DNA of 64,000 bases from an uncultured archaeon (GTDB lineage Archaea > Thermoplasmatota > Penumbrarchaeia > JASLWR01), in NCBI GenBank assembly GCA_964342815.1, contig CAYFHS010000001.1, positions 243,849 to 307,848 on the forward strand, in the 5' to 3' direction. A program made the translations under genes and the position numbers. Shown here piece after piece: positions 1 through 10,134 of the stretch. A model generated the notes under the pieces. That model was not told where the DNA came from, made no database searches, and was given only the letters and a program-made list of their open reading frames with translations. How positions within the stretch are numbered: the first letter of the stretch is position 1; every line of letters begins with the position of its first letter.

Positions 1-3000
1 TCCTGCTTGTAATTGAGGGCCTTGCACCGGTCCTCCGGGGCCCCCTTGTTGTGGGGGGGGCAGAGGTGCTCCAGGCGGAATAAGGACGGCTCCGGGTTGT
101 TGATCCGTTTGTGGGGGTGCATTGGGTGGTGGTGATGGTGGGAGTTGCGGCCCGGACCCCGGTACGGGACCAGGAGGAGGGGATGGGGGAAGTTGTTGGT
201 CCGCCGAGATGGGCAGTGCAGAACCCATTGCGGGAGCGCCTGGTTGAACGGGAGATGAAGCTGCATTCCCGGGAATGAAGCTATCCCCCGAGATTCCAAA
301 AAAGGTATCCACTTCGTTCGTGTCCTGATGATCCACGGTTGGAGGACGGTATGCAGCCATTGCCTTGATCCTTGCATTTTCCACTTCGTAGTTCTGGGTA
401 ACGGCTTCTATCCTTCTGCGCTCCTCTTCCTCCTTCTCTTTTTTCTCCTTTTCCAGTATAGTATATTTGGCCTTGGAAGTGATGAATACGAATCCGATTA
501 TAACCATCATTAGGAAAACCGCGCAAATAATGATGATCAGAAAGGGAACCTCCGTCTCGGTCACAATTATTCCTCCTCCGTTATTCACTATGACATCAGG
601 CGTTTTCCACACAGATATGTTGCTGTAAATCGTCTGAAAACTGCCGTTGAATTTCTTACCGTCGTGGTCCCGTATCATGAGAAGGACGGTGTATTCGCCT
701 TCCTTTATGAACGAATACTTTGAATAATCGGTTCCATTTCGGCTCTGTTGGCTCCAGATCACATCCGAACTAGCGCCGCTGGCGAAAGGAGGTGTGCCCT
801 TCTCGTATACCACCCATGCGAATTTAACATCATCGCCATCCACATCCCTGGTGGCGTTACTTTCTATGACAATTTTCTTCTGCGTCCTATCCCGGACGTA
901 GAACCTGTAGTCATAATTGTCGATCTTGGCTGTATCTTTATCCTTGTCCTCGCTCTCGATCCAGATCTCCCAAATTTTTATAATGGGTTCGTCGTTCATC
1001 GGCCTCGCATTGAATATAATCGTCTTCGAAATGGTCACTTCGCCGTCTGTGAGGCTCAATTTGATCGTTTCTTCCCCGTTATAATCCCTGACAGGAGAAT
1101 ATCTGATTCTAGCTGCTGAATCGTTTATCTTTTCGATATTAATACGGTCCGGATCAAAGTCAATGAGGTTAAAGGTAAGTATCTCTTCACCATGGATGAA
1201 ATCGGGATCCGTGGCGGTTATTATTACATCGGCGCTCTCATCCTCGTCGATATCAAACCTGATGGGGTCGACATGTCCGGCAATCTTCGCACCGCCTTCC
1301 ATTAAAAAAGAGCCAAACGAGGGGGCATCGTTAGTATTTGTTATCTTCAACGTGAAATTCTTTTCGAGGACTACCGGTAATGAAGGTGAAGAGGCCGCAT
1401 CGTCATCGAATATGCTTATATTTATTGGATACTCACCAACCATTTCGTTCGTCGGGGTGAACGTGAACGTGAAAGTGTAGAGGTTTGTATCATCATTGGA
1501 CGTGCTTTCTTCGATTACAAGATCCGGTAGAACATCGGCAAAGTCGCTGGTAAGATCCAGGGTATCCTCCATGTCATTAGAGTCTACCGCCTGAATGGTT
1601 ATGCTGTATTCGGAGTCCTCTTGGGCTGTGATCCTTGGGAGGAAATGGACTATCTCAGGTGGGTCATTCACGCTCATAATGCTAAAATTTATCGTATAGG
1701 TTATGAATCCGATGATATCGGTTGCCTTGAAGGTCAGGCTCTCGTAGATGGATGCCGCCATGTAAGTGTTGGTTTTGGTTGTAACCCTGAAAGACATGTT
1801 CTTGATGAAAGATCCGGTAAGGTTATTGCTCTCGAACTTCAGCCCCCAGCTTCCATTTGAGTCGGCAACTCTGAAGTCTATATCATCCTCCTCGAGGTCA
1901 TAGAAAACGTTGTTGAGATCGAGATACGTGGCATTGCTGTCCTCATAGAGCACAATGAGCGATGGTGCGCTTTCGTTTATACGGGGTGCCGTATTCACAT
2001 CGATGACCCATATGAGAATATCTCTTATCATGGTGAAGGCGAAGTGGTTTCCCCAAATGTCGAAAACGTGCATCATAATCGGGTACATACCTGCTTCGGT
2101 TCCATGGGGAATAATGAACTCTGCAGTGTAATTTCGATCCCCTGGGACCACGTCGCCATTAGTTCCGTCATCCTTGAACTCCACCGGCAGCGGCATGTCG
2201 ATACTCGTGAAGTTGCCCAACACATATTCAACACTGAATATCTCATCGTTATCCTTTACCCAAAGTTCTATCTTTCCCACCGAAGTCCCGTCTGCCATGA
2301 TGTTGTTCGCACCGTCTGGATATATCACGAAGGAACCTTCCTGAAAAGGTATCGAATCCTGCTCCGTTATCTCCATTGGCTGAGCGGGCCATTCACCCGG
2401 CATGGCAGTCCCGTTAATGTGGGGTTCCTGGCCAGTGACATCGGTAACCACCAGTTCCTGACCTCCGGGATTTGCGAAATCCAACTGATACCATCCTAGC
2501 TCATCTGGAAACTCGGAATTTCCGAAAAGGGCTCCGGCAGTGTATTTTTCCCCCGTCATATCATTCAGGTCAGTCACACGAACGAAAAGGTTGAGAACGG
2601 TTGTGGGTGATGGTGATATCCCGAAATAAGAGGCGTTTATTTCAACTTCGAATATCTTATGACCGTCTCGAACCCCAGGGACGAATGTGAAGTTGAAAGT
2701 TTCGTTGTTCTCGATGGGATCGATCATGAGATTGTCGAGCCTGCTGTCCTCGTCCCGGTCCTCTCCTCCCGTGTCCTTTACCAGATAACCGAACTTGTCC
2801 ACCTCATAAGGGATAAAATCCCATCCTGCAAAAGCCAGCATGCCAAAGTCCTTTACTTGTCCTCTCGGAGCGTTGAAATCCTTCAAGGCCCCATCCGCGT
2901 CTCCGTCGATATATATGGCAAGAGAATCGGTATTGTCATTCCATACGGAGGTGTCATTACTCACATCCACGTAAAAGAACAGATGTGTCGAATTGTAACC

Positions 3001-3174
3001 TACGGTGAGATTGCAAGGTTTATCTGCCCGGGTGGAGGTATACTGCAGGTCCATTTCACCCTTCTCGATGTCAGAATTGGTATTGGTTGACGAACAAAAG
3101 ATAACTCCAGGTATGATCAGGATGGCGGTTATTGTGAAAAGAATTATTTTTTTAGTGAGATTCGACCAAAGCAC
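1..3174 (-). CDS. Large secreted/membrane-anchored surface protein (>1058 aa; choice-of-anchor X and cadherin/Ig-like modules, TM, Pro-rich tail), partial at window edge
   Basis: Manual translation: GTG at 3174 after AGGTGAT SD; signal-like N-terminus (LTKKIILFTITAILIIPGVIF); FKDDGTNGDVVPGDRNYT motif; repeats ending NDPP/NDAP/NDEP; TM VPFLIIIICAVFLMMVIIGFVFI near 490-560; Pro/Gln-rich tail; no stop before position 1, so absent from the ORF track. Confidence 0.85.
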   Translation of the reverse strand, partial: MLWSNLTKKIILFTITAILIIPGVIFCSSTNTNSDIEKGEMDLQYTSTRADKPCNLTVGYNSTHLFFYVDVSNDTSVWNDNTDSLAIYIDGDADGALKDFNAPRGQVKDFGMLAFAGWDFIPYEVDKFGYLVKDTGGEDRDEDSRLDNLMIDPIENNETFNFTFVPGVRDGHKIFEVEINASYFGISPSPTTVLNLFVRVTDLNDMTGEKYTAGALFGNSEFPDELGWYQLDFANPGGQELVVTDVTGQEPHINGTAMPGEWPAQPMEITEQDSIPFQEGSFVIYPDGANNIMADGTSVGKIELWVKDNDEIFSVEYVLGNFTSIDMPLPVEFKDDGTNGDVVPGDRNYTAEFIIPHGTEAGMYPIMMHVFDIWGNHFAFTMIRDILIWVIDVNTAPRINESAPSLIVLYEDSNATYLDLNNVFYDLEEDDIDFRVADSNGSWGLKFESNNLTGSFIKNMSFRVTTKTNTYMAASIYESLTFKATDIIGFITYTINFSIMSVNDPPEIVHFLPRITAQEDSEYSITIQAVDSNDMEDTLDLTSDFADVLPDLVIEESTSNDDTNLYTFTFTFTPTNEMVGEYPINISIFDDDAASSPSLPVVLEKNFTLKITNTNDAPSFGSFLMEGGAKIAGHVDPIRFDIDEDESADVIITATDPDFIHGEEILTFNLIDFDPDRINIEKINDSAARIRYSPVRDYNGEETIKLSLTDGEVTISKTIIFNARPMNDEPIIKIWEIWIESEDKDKDTAKIDNYDYRFYVRDRTQKKIVIESNATRDVDGDDVKFAWVVYEKGTPPFASGASSDVIWSQQSRNGTDYSKYSFIKEGEYTVLLMIRDHDGKKFNGSFQTIYSNISVWKTPDVIVNNGGGIIVTETEVPFLIIIICAVFLMMVIIGFVFITSKAKYTILEKEKKEKEEEERRRIEAVTQNYEVENARIKAMAAYRPPTVDHQDTNEVDTFFGISGDSFIPGNAASSPVQPGAPAMGSALPISADQQLPPSPPPGPVPGSGPQLPPSPPPNAPPQTDQQPGAVLIPPGAPLPPPQQGGPGGPVQGPQLQAG

Positions 3175-3426
3175 GATATCACCTGCTAAACCGTTCCATC
3201 CAATTTCTTTATCAGGTAAATAATACTCCCCTGATCAATGGGACAGAACATTCAATCATGGGATATGGCAAATATTATACTTCTATATTATGGTTTTTCA
3301 AATATTTTGAAATGGCGGATAATCTCTGCGTTATCCATAACTTACGCTTAACGGTGGAATGAGAATATTTCTTATTGGGGGGTCCAGCGTTTCCCACCAT
3401 GAAAATAATTATATCTCTATGGGTTT

Positions 3427-4428
3427 TTATTCTATTGGCTCGGCCTTACTGGCTGCGATCAGCACGGTTCCCACGTTCATTGGAAACGAAGCGATCTCGT
3501 TCTTTTTGAGATTGTAGGTATTGCCGTCCTCCGACATGAAATCTCCGGTGTCCTCGATTATCCTCACCATTATCGAGGCCGCCCTTCCCGGATTAAGGTT
3601 GTTTTCCACAATGTTGGGGGTAGAATCCCGTGGTAACGATTCGTGATCTTTTGCCAATGACGGACTCCCGTTTTCATGCACATTGGCCAAATCGTTCACC
3701 TCGATCTCCGGGGCAGAAGGCATCTCGTCAGGCTCAACGGGATCCGGCCCTACTTCTATGTCACCTTCACCCAGTTGTTCCTTTTCTGCGTATTCCTCAT
3801 AGGGTTCGATAAAACTATTGTCCCGGGCTTCATCGTTCTCCTCGGGAGCTACCGCTTTTTCCTTAGTTCGTCCCCCCTCAAAAAAATCCGGGGGAAACTC
3901 TTCATCCAATTCCGACGGCATATCAATATCGCCCATGGCCGAGGAAGGCTCCATTACGTAGGCAGCTCCCCTGATGCTGTCTCCGATTGTTAAAAGGTTC
4001 TTTCCCTCGGGATCAGTCTCCATAAGATCGATAATCTCCTTCATCATTCCGGAATCCACTTCGGATTGATTCATTATTGTTCTTTTGGATTTAAGGACGA
4101 GAAAGACCATTGCCGAATACAGATTCCTCTCCTCCGGGACTAGGCGTGCAAGGTTCGGCTCGCGACCGTCGACCTTGTGGTTTACAAGGGTAAGAATCTT
4201 CCGCAGACGGCTTAAAAAAATATCCGACAAGCTGGCTTTGGCCGTTTTCCACTTCCGGTAGCTCCTCTCTACCTCTACTTCGCCCCGTTGTTTTCCCTGC
4301 CATAAACCCTCGAGCATGTCAAGGTGCCGCTTCGCTGATGTGAAAAAATCGTCTTCGAGCTTTGCCAGGGTCCGGTCGGACTTCTCCTTGCTGAGAGTAT
4401 CCCGGATGTCTTTTTCGACCTTGGTCAT
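3427..4428 (-). CDS. DNA replication factor GINS (Gins15/51-type) with long acidic linker
   Basis: N-terminal helical A-domain (LAKLEDDFF...RLRKIL...LVPEERNLY) and C-terminal B-domain (VRIIEDTGDFMSEDGNTYNLKKNEIASFP...KAEPI). Confidence 0.75.
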   Translation of the reverse strand: MTKVEKDIRDTLSKEKSDRTLAKLEDDFFTSAKRHLDMLEGLWQGKQRGEVEVERSYRKWKTAKASLSDIFLSRLRKILTLVNHKVDGREPNLARLVPEERNLYSAMVFLVLKSKRTIMNQSEVDSGMMKEIIDLMETDPEGKNLLTIGDSIRGAAYVMEPSSAMGDIDMPSELDEEFPPDFFEGGRTKEKAVAPEENDEARDNSFIEPYEEYAEKEQLGEGDIEVGPDPVEPDEMPSAPEIEVNDLANVHENGSPSLAKDHESLPRDSTPNIVENNLNPGRAASIMVRIIEDTGDFMSEDGNTYNLKKNEIASFPMNVGTVLIAASKAEPIE

Positions 4429-4524
4429 TATCTCAATTATTTCGACTTCGATAAATTAAATTTGTTGTTAAATTAATGATAATTGGAATTGCGTTTTCTG
4501 TGTTCGTTGGTCCACTGTAATAGA

Positions 4525-5448
4525 TCAAATCACGGGTCTCGGCAGAAGTCCCGCCCTCTCCGCTATCTCCGGTACCTTCTCCTCCCACATGATGGCCATG
4601 ATATGGGCTCCCGCCACGCCCTCGATCTTCTGTAGCCGCTCCAGCGTTTCGATAGCAATATTGAGACCTTCCGCCTTTTTGTCGCTTGCCGCCTTGAGCC
4701 TTTCTATTATCTCGTTCGGGACGTCCACTCCGGATACGAACCTCTGCATGTATCTCGCGGCGCCAACGGATTTGACCGGGATGACCCCTGCCATTATCTT
4801 CGCCTTCTTATGGAGCCCCGCCGCCCTTACCTCTTTCATCTTGTCCTCGAACTTGTCTATGTCGAATATCCCCTGGGTCTGGATGAAATCCGCACCTGCA
4901 ACGATCTTCTTCGCCAATCGTGGGATCCTCACGTCAATCGGTTCGCTGAATGGGCTCCAGACTGCGCCGATATGGAGTTTCGGAGAAATCTTTATCTCAT
5001 CCCCGTTGCAGAATTTGCCCTCGTCCCGCATGTTCTTGACCATCTGGAGAAGCTGCATGGAATCCAGGTCATAGACTCCCTTTGATCCGGGATGGTTCCC
5101 CAGGGTCTGGTGATCTCCGGTAAGGCATAACAGGTTCGGCACTCCAAGCGCACCGGCGCCAAGTATATCGCTCTGCATCGCAATGCGGTTTCGGTCCCGG
5201 ACCGTCATTTGCATCACCGGCTCCAGTCCTTCTCGTATCAGTAAAGCGGCCGTAGCTAGAGAGGAAATCCGGACTACCGCGGTCTGGTTGTCGGTGATGT
5301 TTGCTGCGTCTACGGCTCCCTTCAAGTGCCCGATATTTTTTATCACTCCCTCTATTCCGCAGTGTTTCGGCGGTCCCAGTTCACCGGTCACAGCGAAGTT
5401 ACCTTTGGCCATTACCTTTTCCAACCGTCCATCAGAATTGAACACCAT
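4525..5448 (-). CDS. metF: Methylenetetrahydrofolate reductase, catalytic subunit
   Basis: ELGPPK, ANITDNQTAVVRISS, QMTVRDRNRIAMQSD, LCLTGDH, KKIVAGADFIQTQ motifs. Confidence 0.95.
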   Translation of the reverse strand: MVFNSDGRLEKVMAKGNFAVTGELGPPKHCGIEGVIKNIGHLKGAVDAANITDNQTAVVRISSLATAALLIREGLEPVMQMTVRDRNRIAMQSDILGAGALGVPNLLCLTGDHQTLGNHPGSKGVYDLDSMQLLQMVKNMRDEGKFCNGDEIKISPKLHIGAVWSPFSEPIDVRIPRLAKKIVAGADFIQTQGIFDIDKFEDKMKEVRAAGLHKKAKIMAGVIPVKSVGAARYMQRFVSGVDVPNEIIERLKAASDKKAEGLNIAIETLERLQKIEGVAGAHIMAIMWEEKVPEIAERAGLLPRPVI

Positions 5449-6137
5449 TACGCATCACCCTCCTGCTCTATTACGAGATCTTCCCTGACTATCTTTCGGG
5501 GTCCTTTATGACCGGCCGCTCGCCAATCGTTAGGGGGTTGGATCTCCTCAAACTTCTTCTCATCCCCACGTTCCCTGAGTCTTTCGAATATAAGATACCA
5601 GGCGCAGTCTATGTCCTTGTCCACCTCACATTTCCCGTCGGACGTAGTTCCTCCGCACGGGCCATTGAGTAGGCTCTTGGAACACCTCGCCACCGGGCAT
5701 ATACCACCGGTGAGATGTAAACGACAACTACCGCAGGCACGACAGTTCTCCACCCATATCCCCTGTTCTTCCGGCATTCCCATGAATGTCGTGTTCAGGG
5801 CCGGGACGATAATGTTGTCAGGGAACATGCCAGCAATAGTCTGTACGCCTATGCCGCAGGCCATGGATAATACCACGTCATGGGATTCGATTTCTGTTTT
5901 TATTGCATCCACGAACTCCTTCTCGCACTGCCTTTCTATGGTATTCTCATCGAAAGTCATTTCCGCATCATCCATTTTGCATTTTATTCGCAGTGCTGAA
6001 GATAGAATACCTACTTCTTTTTCACCACCTGTAGAACATACTGTAACGCAGGTTCCACATCCCAAGACCAGGACCTTTTCATACTTCTCAAGCATGTTCA
6101 TTATCTCTTCTACAGGTTTTCTTTCCGCTACTATCAA
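5448..6137 (-). CDS. metV: MTHFR small Fe-S/Zn subunit MetV
   Basis: GCGTCVTVC, CEKEF, ACGIG, CRACGSCRLHLTGGICPVARCSKSLLNGPCGG...CEV...CAW; overlaps metF and mvhD. Confidence 0.92.
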   Translation of the reverse strand: MIVAERKPVEEIMNMLEKYEKVLVLGCGTCVTVCSTGGEKEVGILSSALRIKCKMDDAEMTFDENTIERQCEKEFVDAIKTEIESHDVVLSMACGIGVQTIAGMFPDNIIVPALNTTFMGMPEEQGIWVENCRACGSCRLHLTGGICPVARCSKSLLNGPCGGTTSDGKCEVDKDIDCAWYLIFERLRERGDEKKFEEIQPPNDWRAAGHKGPRKIVREDLVIEQEGDA

Positions 6138-6568
6138 TTTTTCACCTTACCTTTTAGATTAATGGGGGAAGGACCTAGTTGTTTTATCTTCTCCGTCATC
6201 TCTAACGCTACTTGGGCGAACCTGGGACCAGCCGAGGTAGACATGTTGTACATCTCCAAACGATCACCTCCGATCCCAAGCTCTTCCAATAATTTCTTCG
6301 CGTATTGTACCCGTTTTTTAGCACGATAGTTACCCTCGATAAAATGACAACTCCCCTCTTCACATCCTGCTACATAAACGCCGTCCGCACCGTCTTCGAA
6401 CGCTCTCAATAGGTAGAGAATATCTATCTTTCCACTGCATGGTAACCGAATTATCTTGATATTGGCCGGATATTTCAATCTCATAGTACCCGCAGTATCC
6501 GCGGCCCCGTAAGCGCAGTAGTGACAGCAGTAAGCAATGATCTTGGGCTCGAAGTCCTTACCGCTCAT
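6134..6568 (-). CDS. mvhD: MvhD [2Fe-2S] subunit
   Basis: YCCHYCAYGAAD, RLPCSGK, GADGVYVAGCEEGSCHF; likely ATG at 6568 overlapping the upstream stop (ATGA). Confidence 0.95.
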   Translation of the reverse strand: MSGKDFEPKIIAYCCHYCAYGAADTAGTMRLKYPANIKIIRLPCSGKIDILYLLRAFEDGADGVYVAGCEEGSCHFIEGNYRAKKRVQYAKKLLEELGIGGDRLEMYNMSTSAGPRFAQVALEMTEKIKQLGPSPINLKGKVKN

Positions 6569-9500
6569 TTTATCCCCTCCGCCAGGATTCCGTCGCATTG
6601 GGCCAATATCTGGTTATCCTTATAGTGTTGTAATTGAATGGCCTTGGCTGGGCACTCGCCTACACAGATGCCGCATCCCTGACATTCTGCAGCAATGATC
6701 TGTGCAACACCCTCTTCATTGATGCTCGGCACATTATATGGGCACACTCGGACGCATGTTAGGCATCCTGCGCACAGATCTTTTTCTACAACGGTAATCG
6801 AGCCACCTATTTCCAGGTTATCTTTGGATAGTATGGATCCCACTCTTGCTGCGGCACCACTTGCCTGAGCCACCGTATCGGGTATGTCCTTGGGTCCCTG
6901 ACAGCAACCTGCAAGGAAAATACCACTGGTAAACGTATCGATAGGTCTTAATTTCGGATGGGCCTCCATCATAAACCCGTCCGCACTTCGTGATATCCTG
7001 AGGAGGTTTGCCATTTCTCCCGAGCCCTCACGGGGTACAATACCTGAAGCCAGCACTACCAGGTCCGCCTCGATATCAGATTGTCCTGCGGCCTTGACCA
7101 CAAGTTTACCATTATCTTTTATAACTTCAATCTCGTCGGACAATTGCCTTCTCCTATAATGAACTCCCTCCTCTTGAACCCTGACGTAAAACTCCTCGAA
7201 ACCCTTGCCAAAGGCACGCACGTCAGTATAATAAATCGTAACATCGGAATCGGGCATTTTTTCTCTCACGAGGTGTGCCTGTTTTGCCGTGTACATACAG
7301 CACACCCTGGAACAATGCTCATTTCCCGCCCCATCCCTGTCTCTCGACCCTACACATTGTATGAAAACCACTTTTTCGGGCTCCTTCCCGTTAATTTCTA
7401 TGTGTCCGCCTGTGGGGCCGGAAGCGGATACTAACCGTTCAAACTCGATGCCGGATATCACATTCTTGAGCTGATCGTATCCATATTCGGGTAACGATGC
7501 GGCATCGAAGAGATCAAACCCTGTTGCAACTACAATCGATCCCACATCAACCTCAATCATCTCTTCATTCATATTATGGTCAATCGCATCAGCCTCGCAG
7601 ACGGCTACACATTCATAACATTCCACGCAACCACCGCAATCCAAGCACCTTCTTGCTTCTTTAATGGCCTCTTCCAGGGAATAACCCAGCTCAACCTCCT
7701 GGAAATTGTTCTTCCTTTTATTGAGGGGAAGCATTCTCATTGGGATTTTCTTCCTCTTTTTTACATTTTCCACGGGAGGTTTGAAAACTGGCAGCATCTT
7801 ATCCCTGCCTTCTGTCAAATCAATTCCGTTGATATACCTATCGATGGATTCTGCCACTCTTTTTCCTGCCCCTATCGCTTCAATGATCGTGCCTGAACCC
7901 AATATTGCATCTCCGCCGGAAAAGACTCCCTTTACACTCGTCTCCAATGTAACCGGATCTACCTTTATAATACCTGTACGGGTTGTTTCAATTTTGAAAT
8001 CATCGGAAATCTCATCAAGAGCCACCTCCTGACCGATGGCATATATCAGAGAATCAACTTCCATAGTATATTCAGAGCCAGGTATCGGTAGTGGTTTTCT
8101 TCTACCGGTTTTATCTACATCCCCCAATTCCATTTTTACGCATTCGATAGCCTTGATCCGTCCATTTTCACTGATAAATTTTGTGGGGACAGTTAAAAAT
8201 TCCAATTTTACGCCTTCCTCAATGGTTTCATCAATTTCCCATTCGGGCTCGGCAGGCATTTCTTCTCTAGAACGACGATAGAGGATTTTAACATCTCCAG
8301 AGCCCAATCTCAAACATGATCTAGCGGTATCCAGGGCTGCGTTACCTCCTCCTATAACAGCCACTCTATTACCTATCTTGGGATAGGCTTCTTTTAATCC
8401 GCTCAACTTTATGGCACCCACAGGACATATCGCTGCACATTTGCCGCACCCTCTACACAATTCTTCCAAAATGTATGGGTTTTTCTTTCTGTCCGGTTTG
8501 ACGTCATTATCAGGTCTCCTCATATCAACAATCGTTTCATAGGGACACTCTTCCATACATAATCCGCAACCAAAACAGATTTCCGAACTTATTGATGCTA
8601 TCGGAGTTGTTTTTATTACCCCTAGATTAAGGTCTTTTAAAAATTCAATCGACTGGAATACTCCTTCCAATGACTCGGTCTCCAGGCCCGATTTTTTACC
8701 TTTTTGTGCACCTATAGCTAGGAAAACTGCCCTGTACCCTCTTTCCATGATCTCTTTGATGGTAATCTCTCTACCCACCTTCATATTCAGAAATATTCGA
8801 ATTCCAAGATTGGTTACATCGGTGATTTCTTTTTCAAGTATTTCCTTGGGCAATCTGAAGGTAGGAATTCCAAATCTCATCATGCCGCCCAGGACGGGCA
8901 TTTCCTCGAATATCGATACGTGGTATCCCAAAAGGGCCAAATCATTAGCGGCTGTAAGCCCTGCAGGTCCTCCACCTATTATGGCCACCTTCTCCGCCCG
9001 AGTATCGATTGGAGGGGTCTTGGCAATAGGAATCTCAAGTTCGAAATCCCCAACAAATCTTTTTATTTGAGCGATTCCTACCGGTTCGTCTATTTCTTTC
9101 CTGGTGCAGGCATTCTCACATGGCCTGTGGCAGACTCTTCCGCAAATCGATGGGAAGGGTAAATGTTCTTTTATTACCTTTAGGGCCTGATAGAACTTGC
9201 CTCTACTAACCAATGATACATACCCGGGGGCCCCGATTTGCGCCGGACATACACTCTTGCAGGGTTGTAAACCTTCCCTACTAATGGTATATTTTAATGG
9301 CACGGCCTGAGGAAATGGAACCGATATTGCATTTCTGTCATCCAAACCGAAATTAAACTCATTAGGAATGGCCACCGGACAGACCTTGGAACATTCTCCG
9401 CAGCCTATACACTTTTCCCAATCTACGTAAGTGGGTTTTTTCCTGATCTTTACATGGAAGTTACCTACATAACCATCGACGTTTTCAACCTCTGCACAGG

Positions 9501-10134
9501 TTATAAGTTCAATGTTAGGGTGCCTCCCCACATCCACCATTTTCGGAGTCAGAATACAAGCAGAACAATCTAGTGTTGGGAAGGTTTTATCCAACTGCGA
9601 CATTCTTCCACCCACACTGGGAGTTTTTTCCACCAAATATGTTTTATAGCCCATGTCCGCAATGTCCAACGCTGTCTGGATACCGGCGATTCCACCTCCG
9701 ATCACCAGCGCATTCGATGTCACACCAACCGATGTCATTTCCAGGGGCTCCAGATGGATTGCGCGGGCTACCGCGCCCCTGATCAGCTCAATTGCTTTTT
9801 CGGTCCCTATGGACTTGTCCCCGTGTACCCAGGAGCACTGTTCTCGGATATTGGCCATCTCGAATTGAAATGGATTCATTCCTGCCTCCTTACAGAGAGC
9901 ACGGAACGTAGGCTCATGCATCCTTGGGGAACACGAGGCTACGACGACACGATCCAGTTTCTCCTCACTAATGTCTTTTTTGATCATCTCCTGACCTGGA
10001 TCTGAGCACATGTACTTGTATTCCCTGCACAGCACCACTTTAGACAATGTACCTATCTCATTAACTACCTTGGGCACGTCGACCGTAGATGTGATATTGA
10101 TACCGCAGTCGCAGACATATACGCCAACCTTCAT
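6565..10134 (-). CDS. hdrA: HdrA-family flavoprotein with inserted GltD/NfnB-like NAD(P)H-binding module (HdrL-like), 1189 aa
   Basis: VGVYVCDCG, VVVASCSPRMHEPTF, GGGIAG, DKTFPTLDCSAC; insert FPSICGRVC, GGGPAG, GGGNAA...YRR; C-terminal QCVGSRD, CSRVCC, ferredoxin. Confidence 0.95.
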   Translation of the reverse strand: MKVGVYVCDCGINITSTVDVPKVVNEIGTLSKVVLCREYKYMCSDPGQEMIKKDISEEKLDRVVVASCSPRMHEPTFRALCKEAGMNPFQFEMANIREQCSWVHGDKSIGTEKAIELIRGAVARAIHLEPLEMTSVGVTSNALVIGGGIAGIQTALDIADMGYKTYLVEKTPSVGGRMSQLDKTFPTLDCSACILTPKMVDVGRHPNIELITCAEVENVDGYVGNFHVKIRKKPTYVDWEKCIGCGECSKVCPVAIPNEFNFGLDDRNAISVPFPQAVPLKYTISREGLQPCKSVCPAQIGAPGYVSLVSRGKFYQALKVIKEHLPFPSICGRVCHRPCENACTRKEIDEPVGIAQIKRFVGDFELEIPIAKTPPIDTRAEKVAIIGGGPAGLTAANDLALLGYHVSIFEEMPVLGGMMRFGIPTFRLPKEILEKEITDVTNLGIRIFLNMKVGREITIKEIMERGYRAVFLAIGAQKGKKSGLETESLEGVFQSIEFLKDLNLGVIKTTPIASISSEICFGCGLCMEECPYETIVDMRRPDNDVKPDRKKNPYILEELCRGCGKCAAICPVGAIKLSGLKEAYPKIGNRVAVIGGGNAALDTARSCLRLGSGDVKILYRRSREEMPAEPEWEIDETIEEGVKLEFLTVPTKFISENGRIKAIECVKMELGDVDKTGRRKPLPIPGSEYTMEVDSLIYAIGQEVALDEISDDFKIETTRTGIIKVDPVTLETSVKGVFSGGDAILGSGTIIEAIGAGKRVAESIDRYINGIDLTEGRDKMLPVFKPPVENVKKRKKIPMRMLPLNKRKNNFQEVELGYSLEEAIKEARRCLDCGGCVECYECVAVCEADAIDHNMNEEMIEVDVGSIVVATGFDLFDAASLPEYGYDQLKNVISGIEFERLVSASGPTGGHIEINGKEPEKVVFIQCVGSRDRDGAGNEHCSRVCCMYTAKQAHLVREKMPDSDVTIYYTDVRAFGKGFEEFYVRVQEEGVHYRRRQLSDEIEVIKDNGKLVVKAAGQSDIEADLVVLASGIVPREGSGEMANLLRISRSADGFMMEAHPKLRPIDTFTSGIFLAGCCQGPKDIPDTVAQASGAAARVGSILSKDNLEIGGSITVVEKDLCAGCLTCVRVCPYNVPSINEEGVAQIIAAECQGCGICVGECPAKAIQLQHYKDNQILAQCDGILAEGIK

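Noticed and set aside
3600-4050. Long acidic linker in GINS as a novelty
   Set aside because: Variable acidic linkers between the A and B domains are known in archaeal GINS
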